This document shows, in pieces, positions 10,838 through 20,458 of a DNA stretch of 64,000 bases (positions are counted from its first letter, which is position 1; each line of letters opens with the position of its first letter). The DNA lies in NCBI GenBank assembly GCA_963766715.1, contig CAVYBH010000008.1, positions 800,001 through 864,000 of the forward strand. The letters are read 5' to 3'. A program made the position numbers and the translations under genes. A model generated the notes under the pieces. The model made no database searches. It had not been told where the DNA came from and saw only the letters and a program-made list of their open reading frames with translations. The DNA comes from an uncultured delta proteobacterium (GTDB lineage Bacteria; Myxococcota; Myxococcia; Myxococcales; Anaeromyxobacteraceae).

Positions 10838-11308
10838 ATGCGCAGGATCACGCCGTTCCTCTGGTTCGACCACCAGGCCGAGGAGGCCGCCAACCTCTAC
10901 GTCTCCGTCTTCCCCGGCTCCCGGATCGTGAGCGTCTCGCGCTACGGAGAAGCAGGGCCCGGACCGAAGGGCAGCGTGATGACCGTCGCCTTCGAGCTCG
11001 ACGGTCAGGCGTTCACCGCCCTGAACGGCGGGCCGCTCTTCCGGTTCACCGAGGCCATCTCCTTCGTGGTGGACTGCAAGACGCAGGAGGAGGTCGACCG
11101 GTACTGGGGCAAGCTCTCGGAAGGCGGTCACGAGGGGCAGTGCGGCTGGCTCAAGGACAGGTTCGGACTGTCCTGGCAGATCATTCCATCCACTCTAGGT
11201 GAAATGCTGACCGACCCCGATCCCGGGAAGGCGCGCAAGGTCATGGAGGCCATGCTGCGGATGAAGAAGATCGACGTCGCCGAGCTGAGGAAGGCCTACC
11301 AGTCGTAG
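10838..11308 (+). CDS. VOC/PhnB-like protein
   Basis: ITPFLWFD-QAEEAA; LNGGP; QEEVDRYW; CGWLKDRFGLSWQI. Confidence 0.93.
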   Translation: MRRITPFLWFDHQAEEAANLYVSVFPGSRIVSVSRYGEAGPGPKGSVMTVAFELDGQAFTALNGGPLFRFTEAISFVVDCKTQEEVDRYWGKLSEGGHEGQCGWLKDRFGLSWQIIPSTLGEMLTDPDPGKARKVMEAMLRMKKIDVAELRKAYQS

Positions 11309-11581
11309 ACCTTGCCGGCGATTTCGTCCGCCGCCAGCGGGGGTGCCGTCAGCGGGCGGCGGACCGCACCGTCATACGGGTTCTTCCCCGTTCGCGGGCC
11401 CGTTCGGGGGAGACGAGCGGGATCTCGCCGGATGGGGCGCGGAATAGACCGACGGCCGCATGCGTCCGATCACCGGGCACGGAGCCCGGAACCGCGTGCC
11501 CGCGGTGGATGCTTTCCCGGCCTCTGCGCCGCTCTCCCCGCCGTCCGTCGCATCACCCACGCCTGATTTCCTGGAGGTGAC

Positions 11582-11764
11582 ATGGCCTCAGCCCTCGACG
11601 TGCAATGCCCGACCTGCCGAGCCGTTTCCGGAGTGCACTGCCTGGTCGTGCGATTGAGCGATCAGCAGCAAGGGGAGGTCGTCGTCCAGCCCGTTCGGCG
11701 GCTTCCCGGCTCCCCGCACATGGCCAGGCGTCTGCAGGCACGGGCCCAGTCCCAGGTCGCCTGA
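11582..11764 (+). CDS. Small zinc-finger-like protein
   Basis: GGAGG RBS; CPTCRAVSGVHC...PHMAR. Confidence 0.6.
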   Translation: MASALDVQCPTCRAVSGVHCLVVRLSDQQQGEVVVQPVRRLPGSPHMARRLQARAQSQVA

Positions 11765-11879
11765 TTCTTCCCCTCCTTCGGCGAGGCCACCCCCGTACCG
11801 CGTACCAGGGAGCGCCCGGACCCGCTTGTCACTCGAAGTACATCGCCGAGGCTGCTAGCGTGGAGACCGGAGGGGGAAC

Positions 11880-12596
11880 ATGGCCAGCGCGCAGCCCAAA
11901 GGGGCCGAGACGCATCGAAGCGCCCGCGGAGGATGGCTTCGCGCCGCGGTGCTGGGTGCGGACGACGGTGTCGTCTCGACGGCGAGCTTGATGCTTGGAG
12001 TGGCGGCCGCCTCCGTTCAGGCTCCCGGTCACGCCGTCCTGGTCGCGGGAACGGCTGGCCTGGTCGCCGGCGCCATGTCCATGGCCGCGGGGGAGTACGT
12101 CTCCGTCAGCTCGCAGCGGGACGCGGAGCGCGCCGACGTCGCCCTCGAGAAAGGTGAGCTGGCCTCGAAGCCGGACGACGAGCTCGTCGAGCTCGTCGAG
12201 ATCTACCGGAAGCGCGGTCTCGACGCCGAGCTCGCGAGACAGGTCGCCGCGCAGCTTTCCGCGAGGAATCGGCTGGAGACGCACGTGCGCGACGAGCTCG
12301 GGCTCGACGAGGGATCCCGGGCTCGACCGTTCCAGGCCGCGTTCGTCTCCGCGGCGAGCTTCGCGACGGCTGGCCTGCTCCCGATCGCGGCGCTCCTGCT
12401 GGCGCCAGCGTCCCTGCACGTCGTCGCAATCGTCGCCTCGGCGATGGTCAGCCTGGCCGTGCTGGGCGGACTGGGGGGGCGACTGGGCGGGGCGCCGGTC
12501 CTTCGCGCAGCCATCCGTGCGGTGATCGGGGGTGGCTTCGCCATGGCCATCACCGCGGCCATCGGGCATCTCGTCGGGCTCGTTGCGGTCGGCTGA
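11880..12596 (+). CDS. VIT1/CCC1 family Fe/Mn transporter
   Basis: WLRAAVLGADDGVVS; AGAMSMAAGEYVSVSSQRD; HVRDELG. Confidence 0.93.
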   Translation: MASAQPKGAETHRSARGGWLRAAVLGADDGVVSTASLMLGVAAASVQAPGHAVLVAGTAGLVAGAMSMAAGEYVSVSSQRDAERADVALEKGELASKPDDELVELVEIYRKRGLDAELARQVAAQLSARNRLETHVRDELGLDEGSRARPFQAAFVSAASFATAGLLPIAALLLAPASLHVVAIVASAMVSLAVLGGLGGRLGGAPVLRAAIRAVIGGGFAMAITAAIGHLVGLVAVG

Positions 12597-12654
12597 CCCG
12601 ACCGGCTCCAATCCGGCGTGCCCGCCGACGTCGCGCCTCTTACGCTTGGGCGCC

Positions 12655-13998
12655 ATGATCGACACCTCCTCCCTCGACGCGACCACCGCCACCGCCATCC
12701 TGGGCCTCGACACGCTCTGGGGCGGCGACGTCCTCGACCCGTCGGGCGTCGGCCGCTTCATCGCCGACTCCTGGTTCTCCGACGAGCCGCTGCCGGCCGC
12801 CTACACCCACCCGGCGGCGGCGCGCCTGCGCCAGACCGGCGGCGTGGCGGGCAGCCGATCGACGTCGCGGCGGTGGACGCCTACCTCGCCGCCGTGGACG
12901 TGCCGGGCGCGGTGCGCGACCTGCTGGCGCGGAGCCAGGCGATGGGCGGCCTGCGCGGCGCCTACCTGGAGGGCGTCGCCCGGAGCCTGGGGATCATGTG
13001 GGAGCTCGCCCAGGAGCAGCTGGGGCGGGGGCCCGCCGTGCCCTATGCGCGCTGCGTGCAGTCCTCGTGCGGCCGGGCGCCCGAGCCTTCCCGGCCGGAG
13101 GAGAAGCGCCGGCGGCTCGCCGAGCTCCTGGCGCGCGCGGGCCATCCCTCCGGAACGCCCGCCGAGCTGCTCGAGGCGGTGGACGCCTGGCGCGCCGAGC
13201 GGCTCGTGCCGCGGAAGTCGGTCCGGCAGCTGGGCGACGCCTTCATCGCCCAGCTCGAGGAGGGGACGCGCCGCCACGTGGTGCCGCACCTGCCGGCCTC
13301 GCTGCACGACGTGCCCCGCGCCAACGTACGTTCCTGCCCATCGAGGACGCCTGGTTCTCCGGCTCCATGAACTACGTGGGCCGGGCGCGCGACGCGTCGG
13401 GCGCGCCCCGCTACGAGGCCACCTACGAGCTCAACGCCTCCCTCCAGATCTCGGTTCCGGAGTTCGCGACCTGGTCAGCCACGAGGTCGTGCCGGGACAC
13501 GTCGACCACCTTCGCCCTGGCGCAGGGGCTGTACGTCCAGGGCAAGCTGGGCTTCGAGGCCACCGTGCTCACCATGAACACGCTCGGCGCCGCCCTCTTC
13601 GAGGGAATCGCCAACAACGCCATCCTCATGGCCCACGGCGTGACGGAGGTCGAGGAGCTTCCCGACGAGGACCTCCAGATCGGCGTGCTGCTGGCCCGGC
13701 TGCAGGACGACGCCAAGAACCAGTCCTCCTGGCTCACCTGGGGCGAGGGGCGACCCCAGGCGGAGGTGGCCGCCGCCGCTGCGAAGGGACTACCTGGTCT
13801 CGGCAGAGCGGGCCGAGAAGCTCTCCGGCGCCTGGGGGCGTCACCCGCTGCTCGGCCGCATGTACCTGCCCGGCCTACCGCGCGGGGACCGAGAAGGTGG
13901 CGGCCCTGCGGCGCAGGCACCCGCCGGAGCGGATCATCCCGGCACTCTACGGCGTCGACGGCCTCGTGGACCTGGTCACCATCGACCGGGTGCTCTGA
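12655..13998 (+). CDS. DUF885-like putative metallopeptidase (several frameshifts)
   Basis: Coding blocks continue across frames; SHEVVPGH and downstream FEGIA. Confidence 0.55.
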   Translation: MIDTSSLDATTATAILGLDTLWGGDVLDPSGVGRFIADSWFSDEPLPAAYTHPAAARLRQTGGVAGSRSTSRRWTPTSPPWTCRARCATCWRGARRWAACAAPTWRASPGAWGSCGSSPRSSWGGGPPCPMRAACSPRAAGRPSLPGRRRSAGGSPSSWRARAIPPERPPSCSRRWTPGAPSGSCRGSRSGSWATPSSPSSRRGRAATWCRTCRPRCTTCPAPTYVPAHRGRLVLRLHELRGPGARRVGRAPLRGHLRAQRLPPDLGSGVRDLVSHEVVPGHVDHLRPGAGAVRPGQAGLRGHRAHHEHARRRPLRGNRQQRHPHGPRRDGGRGASRRGPPDRRAAGPAAGRRQEPVLLAHLGRGATPGGGGRRRCEGTTWSRQSGPRSSPAPGGVTRCSAACTCPAYRAGTEKVAALRRRHPPERIIPALYGVDGLVDLVTIDRVL

Positions 13999-14135
13999 GG
14001 GCACCGACGTCGTTGCACGTGCACAGCAGAAATCCATCCCCGCACGGGGGGCGGCCCACCGCGCGATGGGAAACCCTGGCGGCTTTCGTGCAAGATGCGC
14101 GTGGTCGGCCCGTCGGCCGCTCCCTGGGAGGTTGG

Positions 14136-14621
14136 ATGAAGAAGCGGGGTTCGAACCCGGACGTGCTCGAGGTCATGCAATCGCTCTGGGCGCTGGCGCA
14201 CGCGCTGGAGGCCCGGTCGAAGTGGATGCATCGGAACCTGGGCGTCACGGGGCCGCAGCGCCTGCTTCTCCGCGCCATCGGGGAGACGCCGGGGTGTTCT
14301 CCCGGCGACGCCGCCGGCCTGTTGAGCCTCGACCCCGGAACCGTGAGCCGGCTCGCCGCCGGGCTGGAGCAGGCGGGGCTCCTGCGGCGGAACCAGGATC
14401 GTTCCGACGGACGCAGGCTGCGACTGGTGCTCACCCGGCGCGGCGAGGCCGTCAACCGCAAGCAGGGTGGGACGGTCGAGGCCGCCGTGCGGGAGGCCCT
14501 GGCGTCCGCGAAGCCGGGCGAGTCCCGGGTGGCCTGCCAGTTCGTCCACCGACTCACCGAGTCGCTGGAGGTGAAGCCGTCCGGCAACGGAAGAAGGGCC
14601 GCCGCCGCGTCCTGTAACTGA
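14136..14621 (+). CDS. MarR family transcriptional regulator
   Basis: LGVTGPQRLLL; LDPGTVSRLAAGLEQAGLL; DGRRLRLVLTRRG. Confidence 0.9.
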   Translation: MKKRGSNPDVLEVMQSLWALAHALEARSKWMHRNLGVTGPQRLLLRAIGETPGCSPGDAAGLLSLDPGTVSRLAAGLEQAGLLRRNQDRSDGRRLRLVLTRRGEAVNRKQGGTVEAAVREALASAKPGESRVACQFVHRLTESLEVKPSGNGRRAAAASCN

Positions 14622-14669
14622 GGTGGAGCCCCCTTGCAGCCCTTGATCGGGCTGGACGGGGGTGGGACT

Positions 14670-16937
14670 GTGGATCTCGTGCCCGGAAAGCTCCGGAAGA
14701 CCGACGCGGAGTTCCGTTCGCTCCTGGAGCACGCGGCCGACGCCATCCTCCTCCACGACTCCACGGGACGTCTCCGGGAGGTGAATCGCCGCGCCTGCGA
14801 GAGCCTGGGCTACACCCGGGACGAGCTGCTGCGGATGAACATGACCGAGGTCGAGCAGGATGTCGACCTGGCCCGTGCGCAGCAGGACGTGGGCGAGGAT
14901 CGCGCCGGGCAATCCCGTCGCCTTCCTGGGCCACCATCGGCGAAAGGACGGCTCGACCTTCCCCGTGGAGGTCCGCCTCAGTGCGGTCGACGTCGGCGGC
15001 GAGCGCCTCTTCATGGCGATGGCTCGCGACGTCTCCGCCCAGCGAAGGGCCGAGGAGGCGCTGCGCGAGAGCGAGGCCTACTTCCGGGCCTGCTTCGAGG
15101 GCAACTCGGCGGCCATGGCCATCATCGAGGCGGACACGACGATCTCGATGGTGAACGACGCCTACTGCAAGATGAGCGGCTATCCCCGGGAAGAGGTCGT
15201 GGGGATGAGCTGGACCCGGCAGATCCCGCCCGGCGATCTGGAACGGCTCCTGGAATACAACCGGCGCAGGCTCTCGGATCCCGCCACCGCACCGGACAAG
15301 TACGAGTTCACCTTCTACCGGCGCGACGGCGAGATCCGGCACGGCCTGATGTCGGTGGCGCTCATCCCGGACCGGCGGAAGATCGTGGCCTCGTTCCTGG
15401 ACATCACGGAGCGGAAGCAGGTGGAGGAGAAGCTCCGGGTCAGCGAGGAGCGGCACCGCCTGCTCGCCGACAATGCCCTGGACGTCGTCTGGACCATGGG
15501 ACCCGACGGCTCAATCACCTACGTCAGCCCTTCCGTGGAGAAGCTGCGCGGCTTCACGCCGGAGGAGGCGATGCGGCAGCCGATCGAGGAGATCCACCCG
15601 CCCGCGTCGCAGGCCATCTCGCTCGGGTACTTCACGAAGCTGTTCGCCGACCTCCAGGCCGGGCGACCGCCGGAGAGGTTCCGGGGAGAGCTCGAGTACC
15701 GCTGCAGGGACGGCTCCACCGTCTGGACCGAGGTCATGGCCATCCCGATTGCCGGCCCGGATGGCGCCATCGCCGAGATCCTGGGCGTGAGCCGGGACCT
15801 GAGCGAGCGGAAGGCGGCCGAGCAGGCGCTCCGCGAGGCCGAGGCGCGCTTCCGGTCGCTGGCCGAGAGCTCGCCGGTGGGCATCATCGAGACCGACGCG
15901 CGCGGCGTGCTCCTCTACGCGAATCGCGCCGCCGCCGAGCTCGCCGGCGTCGCCCCGGAGGCGATGTCGGGGCGGACCTGGTCCGACGCCATCCAGCCGG
16001 AGGACCGGGAGCGCCTGGACGAGGAGTATCGGAAGGCGATCGCCTCGACGGGATCCTGCGGAGCGAGTACCGGATGCGGAGGCCGGACGGGACGGTCGCG
16101 TTGATCCGCGGCTTCGTCGCGGCCCTCCTCGGGCCGGACGGGCGAGTCCGCGGATTCATCGGCGTCGCCGCCGACGTCACCGAGGAGCACGCTGCTTCGC
16201 GAGCAGCTCGCCGTGGCCTCCCGGCTCGCCGCCCTGGGAACGCTCGTCGCGGGCGTCGCCCACGAGATCAACAATCCGCTGGGCGGCGCGCTCGCCTCCC
16301 ACGGATTCGTCGAGGAGGAGGTCGAGCGGATGCGCACCGCCCTTCGCTCGGGCAAGCCCATCGACCGGGACGAGCTGGCCCGGAGCCTCGACGAGGTGGC
16401 GGACGCCCTGGGCGACGCCCAGGCGGGCGAGCGTCGCATCGCCGCGATCGTGAAGGACCTCGCCCTCTTCGGCCGGCCGGATCCCCAGCGCAGCCGGGTC
16501 GCGCCGGCCAGGGTGATCGAGGTCGCGATGCGCTGGCTTCCGCCCGCGCTCCGGCAGCGTTCCGCCCTCCACGTGGAGGACGAGGGGGCGCCCGACGTCC
16601 TGGCCTCGGAGGGACAGCTCTCCCAGGTGGTCGTCAACCTCGTCAGCAACGCCATCAAGTCGGTTCCCGAGGAGCGACGGGCCGACGTCCGGATCCGGAT
16701 CGGCGCGGGTGGACCGGGCCGGACGCGGATCGAGGTGTCGGACGACGGCTCCGGGATGACCCCCGAGGTGATGAAGCACGTGTTCGACCCGTTCTTCACG
16801 ACCCGCGCCGTGGGCCAGGGAATGGGGCTGGGCCTTTCCATCTCCCACGCCATCGTGACGGCGCACGGCGGCACGATCACGGCGGAGAGCGAGCCGGGAA
16901 AGGGCTCCACGTTTCGCGTCGAGCTTCCGCGGCCTGA
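14670..16937 (+). CDS. Multi-PAS sensor histidine kinase (frameshifted)
   Basis: About 4 PAS/PAC blocks; LAALGTLVAGVAHEINNPL; NLVSNA; PFFTT; GMGLGL. Confidence 0.88.
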   Translation: MDLVPGKLRKTDAEFRSLLEHAADAILLHDSTGRLREVNRRACESLGYTRDELLRMNMTEVEQDVDLARAQQDVGEDRAGQSRRLPGPPSAKGRLDLPRGGPPQCGRRRRRAPLHGDGSRRLRPAKGRGGAARERGLLPGLLRGQLGGHGHHRGGHDDLDGERRLLQDERLSPGRGRGDELDPADPARRSGTAPGIQPAQALGSRHRTGQVRVHLLPARRRDPARPDVGGAHPGPAEDRGLVPGHHGAEAGGGEAPGQRGAAPPARRQCPGRRLDHGTRRLNHLRQPFRGEAARLHAGGGDAAADRGDPPARVAGHLARVLHEAVRRPPGRATAGEVPGRARVPLQGRLHRLDRGHGHPDCRPGWRHRRDPGREPGPERAEGGRAGAPRGRGALPVAGRELAGGHHRDRRARRAPLRESRRRRARRRRPGGDVGADLVRRHPAGGPGAPGRGVSEGDRLDGILRSEYRMRRPDGTVALIRGFVAALLGPDGRVRGFIGVAADVTEEHAASRAARRGLPARRPGNARRGRRPRDQQSAGRRARLPRIRRGGGRADAHRPSLGQAHRPGRAGPEPRRGGGRPGRRPGGRASHRRDREGPRPLRPAGSPAQPGRAGQGDRGRDALASARAPAAFRPPRGGRGGARRPGLGGTALPGGRQPRQQRHQVGSRGATGRRPDPDRRGWTGPDADRGVGRRLRDDPRGDEARVRPVLHDPRRGPGNGAGPFHLPRHRDGARRHDHGGERAGKGLHVSRRASAA

Positions 16938-16959
16938 AGGCGCGTCCTCGGCCGGAAGC

Positions 16960-17333
16960 TCCCCAATCACTCCCGGCACCACGGGCAGCGGGATGCTCAG
17001 CTCGCCGTCCCCTTCGGGAACGTCACCTGGAGGTGCCCTCGAGCCGATCGGCCGCGCGCACGGCGAGCGCCTCGCGATCCGGCTCGACCTCGACGCTCCA
17101 GCCGGAGCCTCGAGTGCCTCGACGAGCGCCGCCACTCCGCCCCGCTCATCTCGACGATCAGGTTCAGCGACAGGTTGCTGAACATCTTGAAGTCGAGAAC
17201 GTCCCCGCGATGCCGCTGGATTCCTGCGCCCGGCGATCGCCGATCGCGCCGTTCCCCGGCGACCGCCTGGACGCGGAAGTCGCGTCCTCGGGCCACGGAC
17301 TTCCAGTACGACCCAGGTCTCCGGGCATGGCAC
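16960..17333 (-). CDS. Hypothetical protein downstream of ABC ATPase (frameshifted)
   Basis: Coding-like blocks DVLDFKMFSNLSLNLIVE, VAALVEALE, LQVTFPKG, ELSIPLPVVPG in different frames. Confidence 0.3.
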
Positions 17334-17337
17334 ACGA

Positions 17338-18639
17338 TCAGCTGACGGCGGGGAGCTCCTCCGACAGCCCGATGGCCTCGGTGTTCTCGTCGTAGGAGAA
17401 GAGGTCGCCGAACCGCGCCCAGTTCACGAACGTCTCGAAGGTGCACTCGAAGTTCTCGCTCGGCAGGTTCATCGCGATCACCTCCAGCACGTAGTCGCGG
17501 TCGACCTCGTGCGCCTCCGACTCCTGGATGGCGCCGCGCACGCGCTGGAAGAGCAGGATGTCGAGCAGCTTCTCCCGGAAGATGGCCTTGCGCGCCGACG
17601 GGCTGGCCTTCACGTACCGGGCGCCCTCGGACGAGAGCACGACGGTGCGGTGCGGCGTGTCGACGAAGCCGAGGAGCTCGGCGGCGTTCGTCGCCGTGAT
17701 GACGTGACCGAACTCCCGGTCGGTGTCGGCCGCGATGCGGAAGACGTCCTCTCGCCCGCCGCGGGCGTCGAGGTACTCCAGGAGTCCCTCGATCTCGACC
17801 CCGCCGGCGTGCGGGAGGGGCTCGAAGACCTGGGGCGCACCCGCCACCTCGGCCACGTCGGGCATCTCCATGCCGGTGATGATGTCGTGGAGGCGGTCCA
17901 CGAGCTGGAGCAGCCCGGGGGAGCGGTAGTCGCGCGGCCTGGGCAGCGTGTTCTCGACGATGGTGCGCACGCGGCCCGGATTCGCGTCGAGGACGACGAT
18001 CCGGTCGGCCATGTACACCACCTCCTTGATGTCGTGGCTCACCATCACGATGGACTTGGGATTCCGGTCCTTCGGCGTCCAGACGTCCAGGACCTCGGCC
18101 CGCAAGCTCTCCGCGGTGAGGGCGTCCACCTGGCTGAACGGCTCGTCCATGAAGAGCATCTCCGGCTCGAGCGAGAAGGCGCGGGCCATCCCCACCCGCT
18201 GCTTCATCCCTCCGGAGAGCTCCCGCGGGTAGGCCTCCTCGAAGCCGGCCAGCCCGACGATCTTGATGGCGCGCGCGGCCCGCTCCGCCACCTCGCCCTT
18301 CGGGAGCCCCTGCGCCTCCAGCATGGTCTCGACGTTGCGGGCCACCGTCATCCAGGGAAAGAGCGCGAAGCTCTGGAAGACGAACCCGATGCCGGGGTTG
18401 AGCCCCTCGAGCGGCTTGCCGTGGTAGAGGACCGCGCCCCGGGTCTGCTTCGTGAGCCCGGCCAGGATGCGCAGGATGGTCGACTTCCCGCAGCCGGACG
18501 GCCCGAGCAGCGCCACCACCTCGTTCTCCCGGATCGCCAGGTCGATGTCCTGGAGCACGCGGAGCGGAGGTCCGCCCGCCTGCTCGAACTCCTTCTCGAC
18601 GTGGCGCAGCTCGCAGAGGATCTCGGTGTCGTTCGCCAT
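17338..18639 (-). CDS. Nitrate/sulfonate-type ABC ATP-binding protein with C-terminal extension
   Basis: GPSGCGKS; LSGGMKQR; MDEPFS; C-terminal WARFGDLFSYD. Confidence 0.93.
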   Translation of the reverse strand: MANDTEILCELRHVEKEFEQAGGPPLRVLQDIDLAIRENEVVALLGPSGCGKSTILRILAGLTKQTRGAVLYHGKPLEGLNPGIGFVFQSFALFPWMTVARNVETMLEAQGLPKGEVAERAARAIKIVGLAGFEEAYPRELSGGMKQRVGMARAFSLEPEMLFMDEPFSQVDALTAESLRAEVLDVWTPKDRNPKSIVMVSHDIKEVVYMADRIVVLDANPGRVRTIVENTLPRPRDYRSPGLLQLVDRLHDIITGMEMPDVAEVAGAPQVFEPLPHAGGVEIEGLLEYLDARGGREDVFRIAADTDREFGHVITATNAAELLGFVDTPHRTVVLSSEGARYVKASPSARKAIFREKLLDILLFQRVRGAIQESEAHEVDRDYVLEVIAMNLPSENFECTFETFVNWARFGDLFSYDENTEAIGLSEELPAVS

Positions 18640-18653
18640 GCGCGCTCCGGGCA

Positions 18654-20399
18654 CTACCGGGTGAGGGAGAAACGCTGCTCGGCGATGAGGTGCAGCCGAC
18701 GCCACACCAGCCGGTTGAAGAGGACCACCACCACCGCCATCACCGAGACCGCCGCCGCCAGGGTCGGGAAGTCGCCTGCCGCGGCGGCGACGCTGATGCG
18801 CGCTCCGAGGCCGTCGGCGGCGAGCTCGCTCCCCTTGAAGCTCACGTACTCCGACACGATGCTGGCGTTCCAGGCCCCGCCCGCGGCGGTGACCCAGCCG
18901 GTGACCAGGTACGGGAAGACGGCGGGGAGGTACAGGATCCGGAACCGCTTCCAGGTGCCGACGCGGTAGATGCGCGCGGCCTCGCGGAGATCGGCGGGGA
19001 TGGCCATGGCGCCGGCCACCACGTTGAAGAGGATGTACCACTGGGTGCCGAGCAGCATGAGGAGGACGCTTCCCCAGCCGAGCCCGATCCCTGCCGCGGC
19101 GAGCAGCGCCACCACCGCGGGGAAGAGCATGGGCGCCGGAAAGGACGCGACCACCTGCACGACGGGCTGCAGCACGCCGGGAGAGCCGGGGCGACAGGCC
19201 GATGGCGAGCCCGGCAGGGACCGTCCAGAGCGTGCCCAGGACGGTCGCGAGCAGCACGCGCCCCAGCGTGAGCGACGCGGCCACGCCGATGCCTCGCCAG
19301 CTCGCACCGTCCACCTTCGTGAAGAGCCGGAAGAGCCCGACCGAGCCGAGCGCGAGCACGAGCGAGGAGGCCGAGGAACGCCACGATGGACGCGACCTGG
19401 ACCATCCGCTCGGTCCGGGCCCGGCCGGCCGGCGCGACCCGGCGCGCGGGGAGGAGCGCGGCGATCCGGCCGGCGGCGGTTCCCGCCGCGTTCCGGAGAT
19501 GGGCCACGACCTGGGAGCCCCGGAGCACGTCCAGGAACCACGACTGGGCCTCGACCGCCTGCCCGCTCTCGTCGACCCGGAACTTCTGCGACCAGACGAC
19601 GACGGGGCGCCAGAGGATCTGATCGAGGAGGACGATCATGAGGACCATCGCCACGACGGCCGCCACCATCGCGGCCCGGTCGCCGCGCGCCACCGCCACG
19701 CTCATGTAGGAGCCGAGCCCCGGGAGCTGGAAGCTCCGGTCTCCGAGCACGAACGCCTCGCTCACCATCAGGAAGAACCAGCCGCCGGCCATGCTCATCA
19801 TGCTGTTCCAGACCAGCCCGATGGCCGAGGAAGGCAGGTCCACCCAGCGGAAGCGCCTCCAGAAGGAGAAGCGGCCGAGCGTCGCCACCTCCTGGAAGTC
19901 CCGCGGGATGCTCCGGAGCGAGTGGTAGAAGCTGAAGGTCATGTTCCACGCCTGGCCGGTGAAGATCATGATCACCGACGCCAGCTCGAGACCGACGTTG
20001 CTCGTGGGGAACGCGGCGACGAGCGCCAGGACGAGGCCCGGCATGAACCCCAGCACCGGGATGCTCTGGAGGATGTCGAGCGCCGGGATGAGGACCTTCT
20101 CCGCGGTCCGGTCCCGCGCGGCCCAGTACCCGTATCCCAGCGTGAAGGCGAGCGAGAGCACGTACGCGGCCAGGCCGCGGGAGAGGGAGAGGAAGGCGTA
20201 GTACGGGAAGCGCCCAGGGGGAGAGGTCGATCTCGAAGACCGGCCGGAGCGCTCCCGTCCACTCGGCCGCGAGCCGGGTGAGGCCGAAGACCACGCCTCC
20301 CAGCGCGGCGAGGAGCGCCAGGTCGACCCACAGCTTCCGGGCGGACCCGAAGAGCCACGAGGTGGCGCTTCCGAAGACGGGTGTCGGACGAGGCGGCAT
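18654..20399 (-). CDS. ABC transporter double-domain permease (frameshifted)
   Basis: LDILQSIPVLGF; QAWNMTFSFY; WNSMMSMAGGWFFL; QWYILFNV; GGAWNASIVSE. Confidence 0.9.
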   Translation of the reverse strand: MPPRPTPVFGSATSWLFGSARKLWVDLALLAALGGVVFGLTRLAAEWTGALRPVFEIDLSPWALPVLRLPLPLPRPGRVRALARLHAGIRVLGRAGPDRGEGPHPGARHPPEHPGAGVHAGPRPGARRRVPHEQRRSRAGVGDHDLHRPGVEHDLQLLPLAPEHPAGLPGGGDARPLLLLEALPLGGPAFLGHRAGLEQHDEHGRRLVLPDGERGVRARRPELPAPGARLLHERGGGARRPGRDGGGRRGDGPHDRPPRSDPLAPRRRLVAEVPGRRERAGGRGPVVVPGRAPGLPGRGPSPERGGNRRRPDRRAPPRAPGRAGRPGPDRADGPGRVHRGVPRPPRSCSRSARSGSSGSSRRWTVRAGEASAWPRRSRWGACCSRPSWARSGRSLPGSPSACRPGSPGVLQPVVQVVASFPAPMLFPAVVALLAAAGIGLGWGSVLLMLLGTQWYILFNVVAGAMAIPADLREAARIYRVGTWKRFRILYLPAVFPYLVTGWVTAAGGAWNASIVSEYVSFKGSELAADGLGARISVAAAAGDFPTLAAAVSVMAVVVVLFNRLVWRRLHLIAEQRFSLTR

Positions 20400-20458
20400 C
20401 GCGGGCTGCAGACTAGCGCAGGTCCCGCGTGCCCGGTCGGTGACGATTCAGCCCGGCG

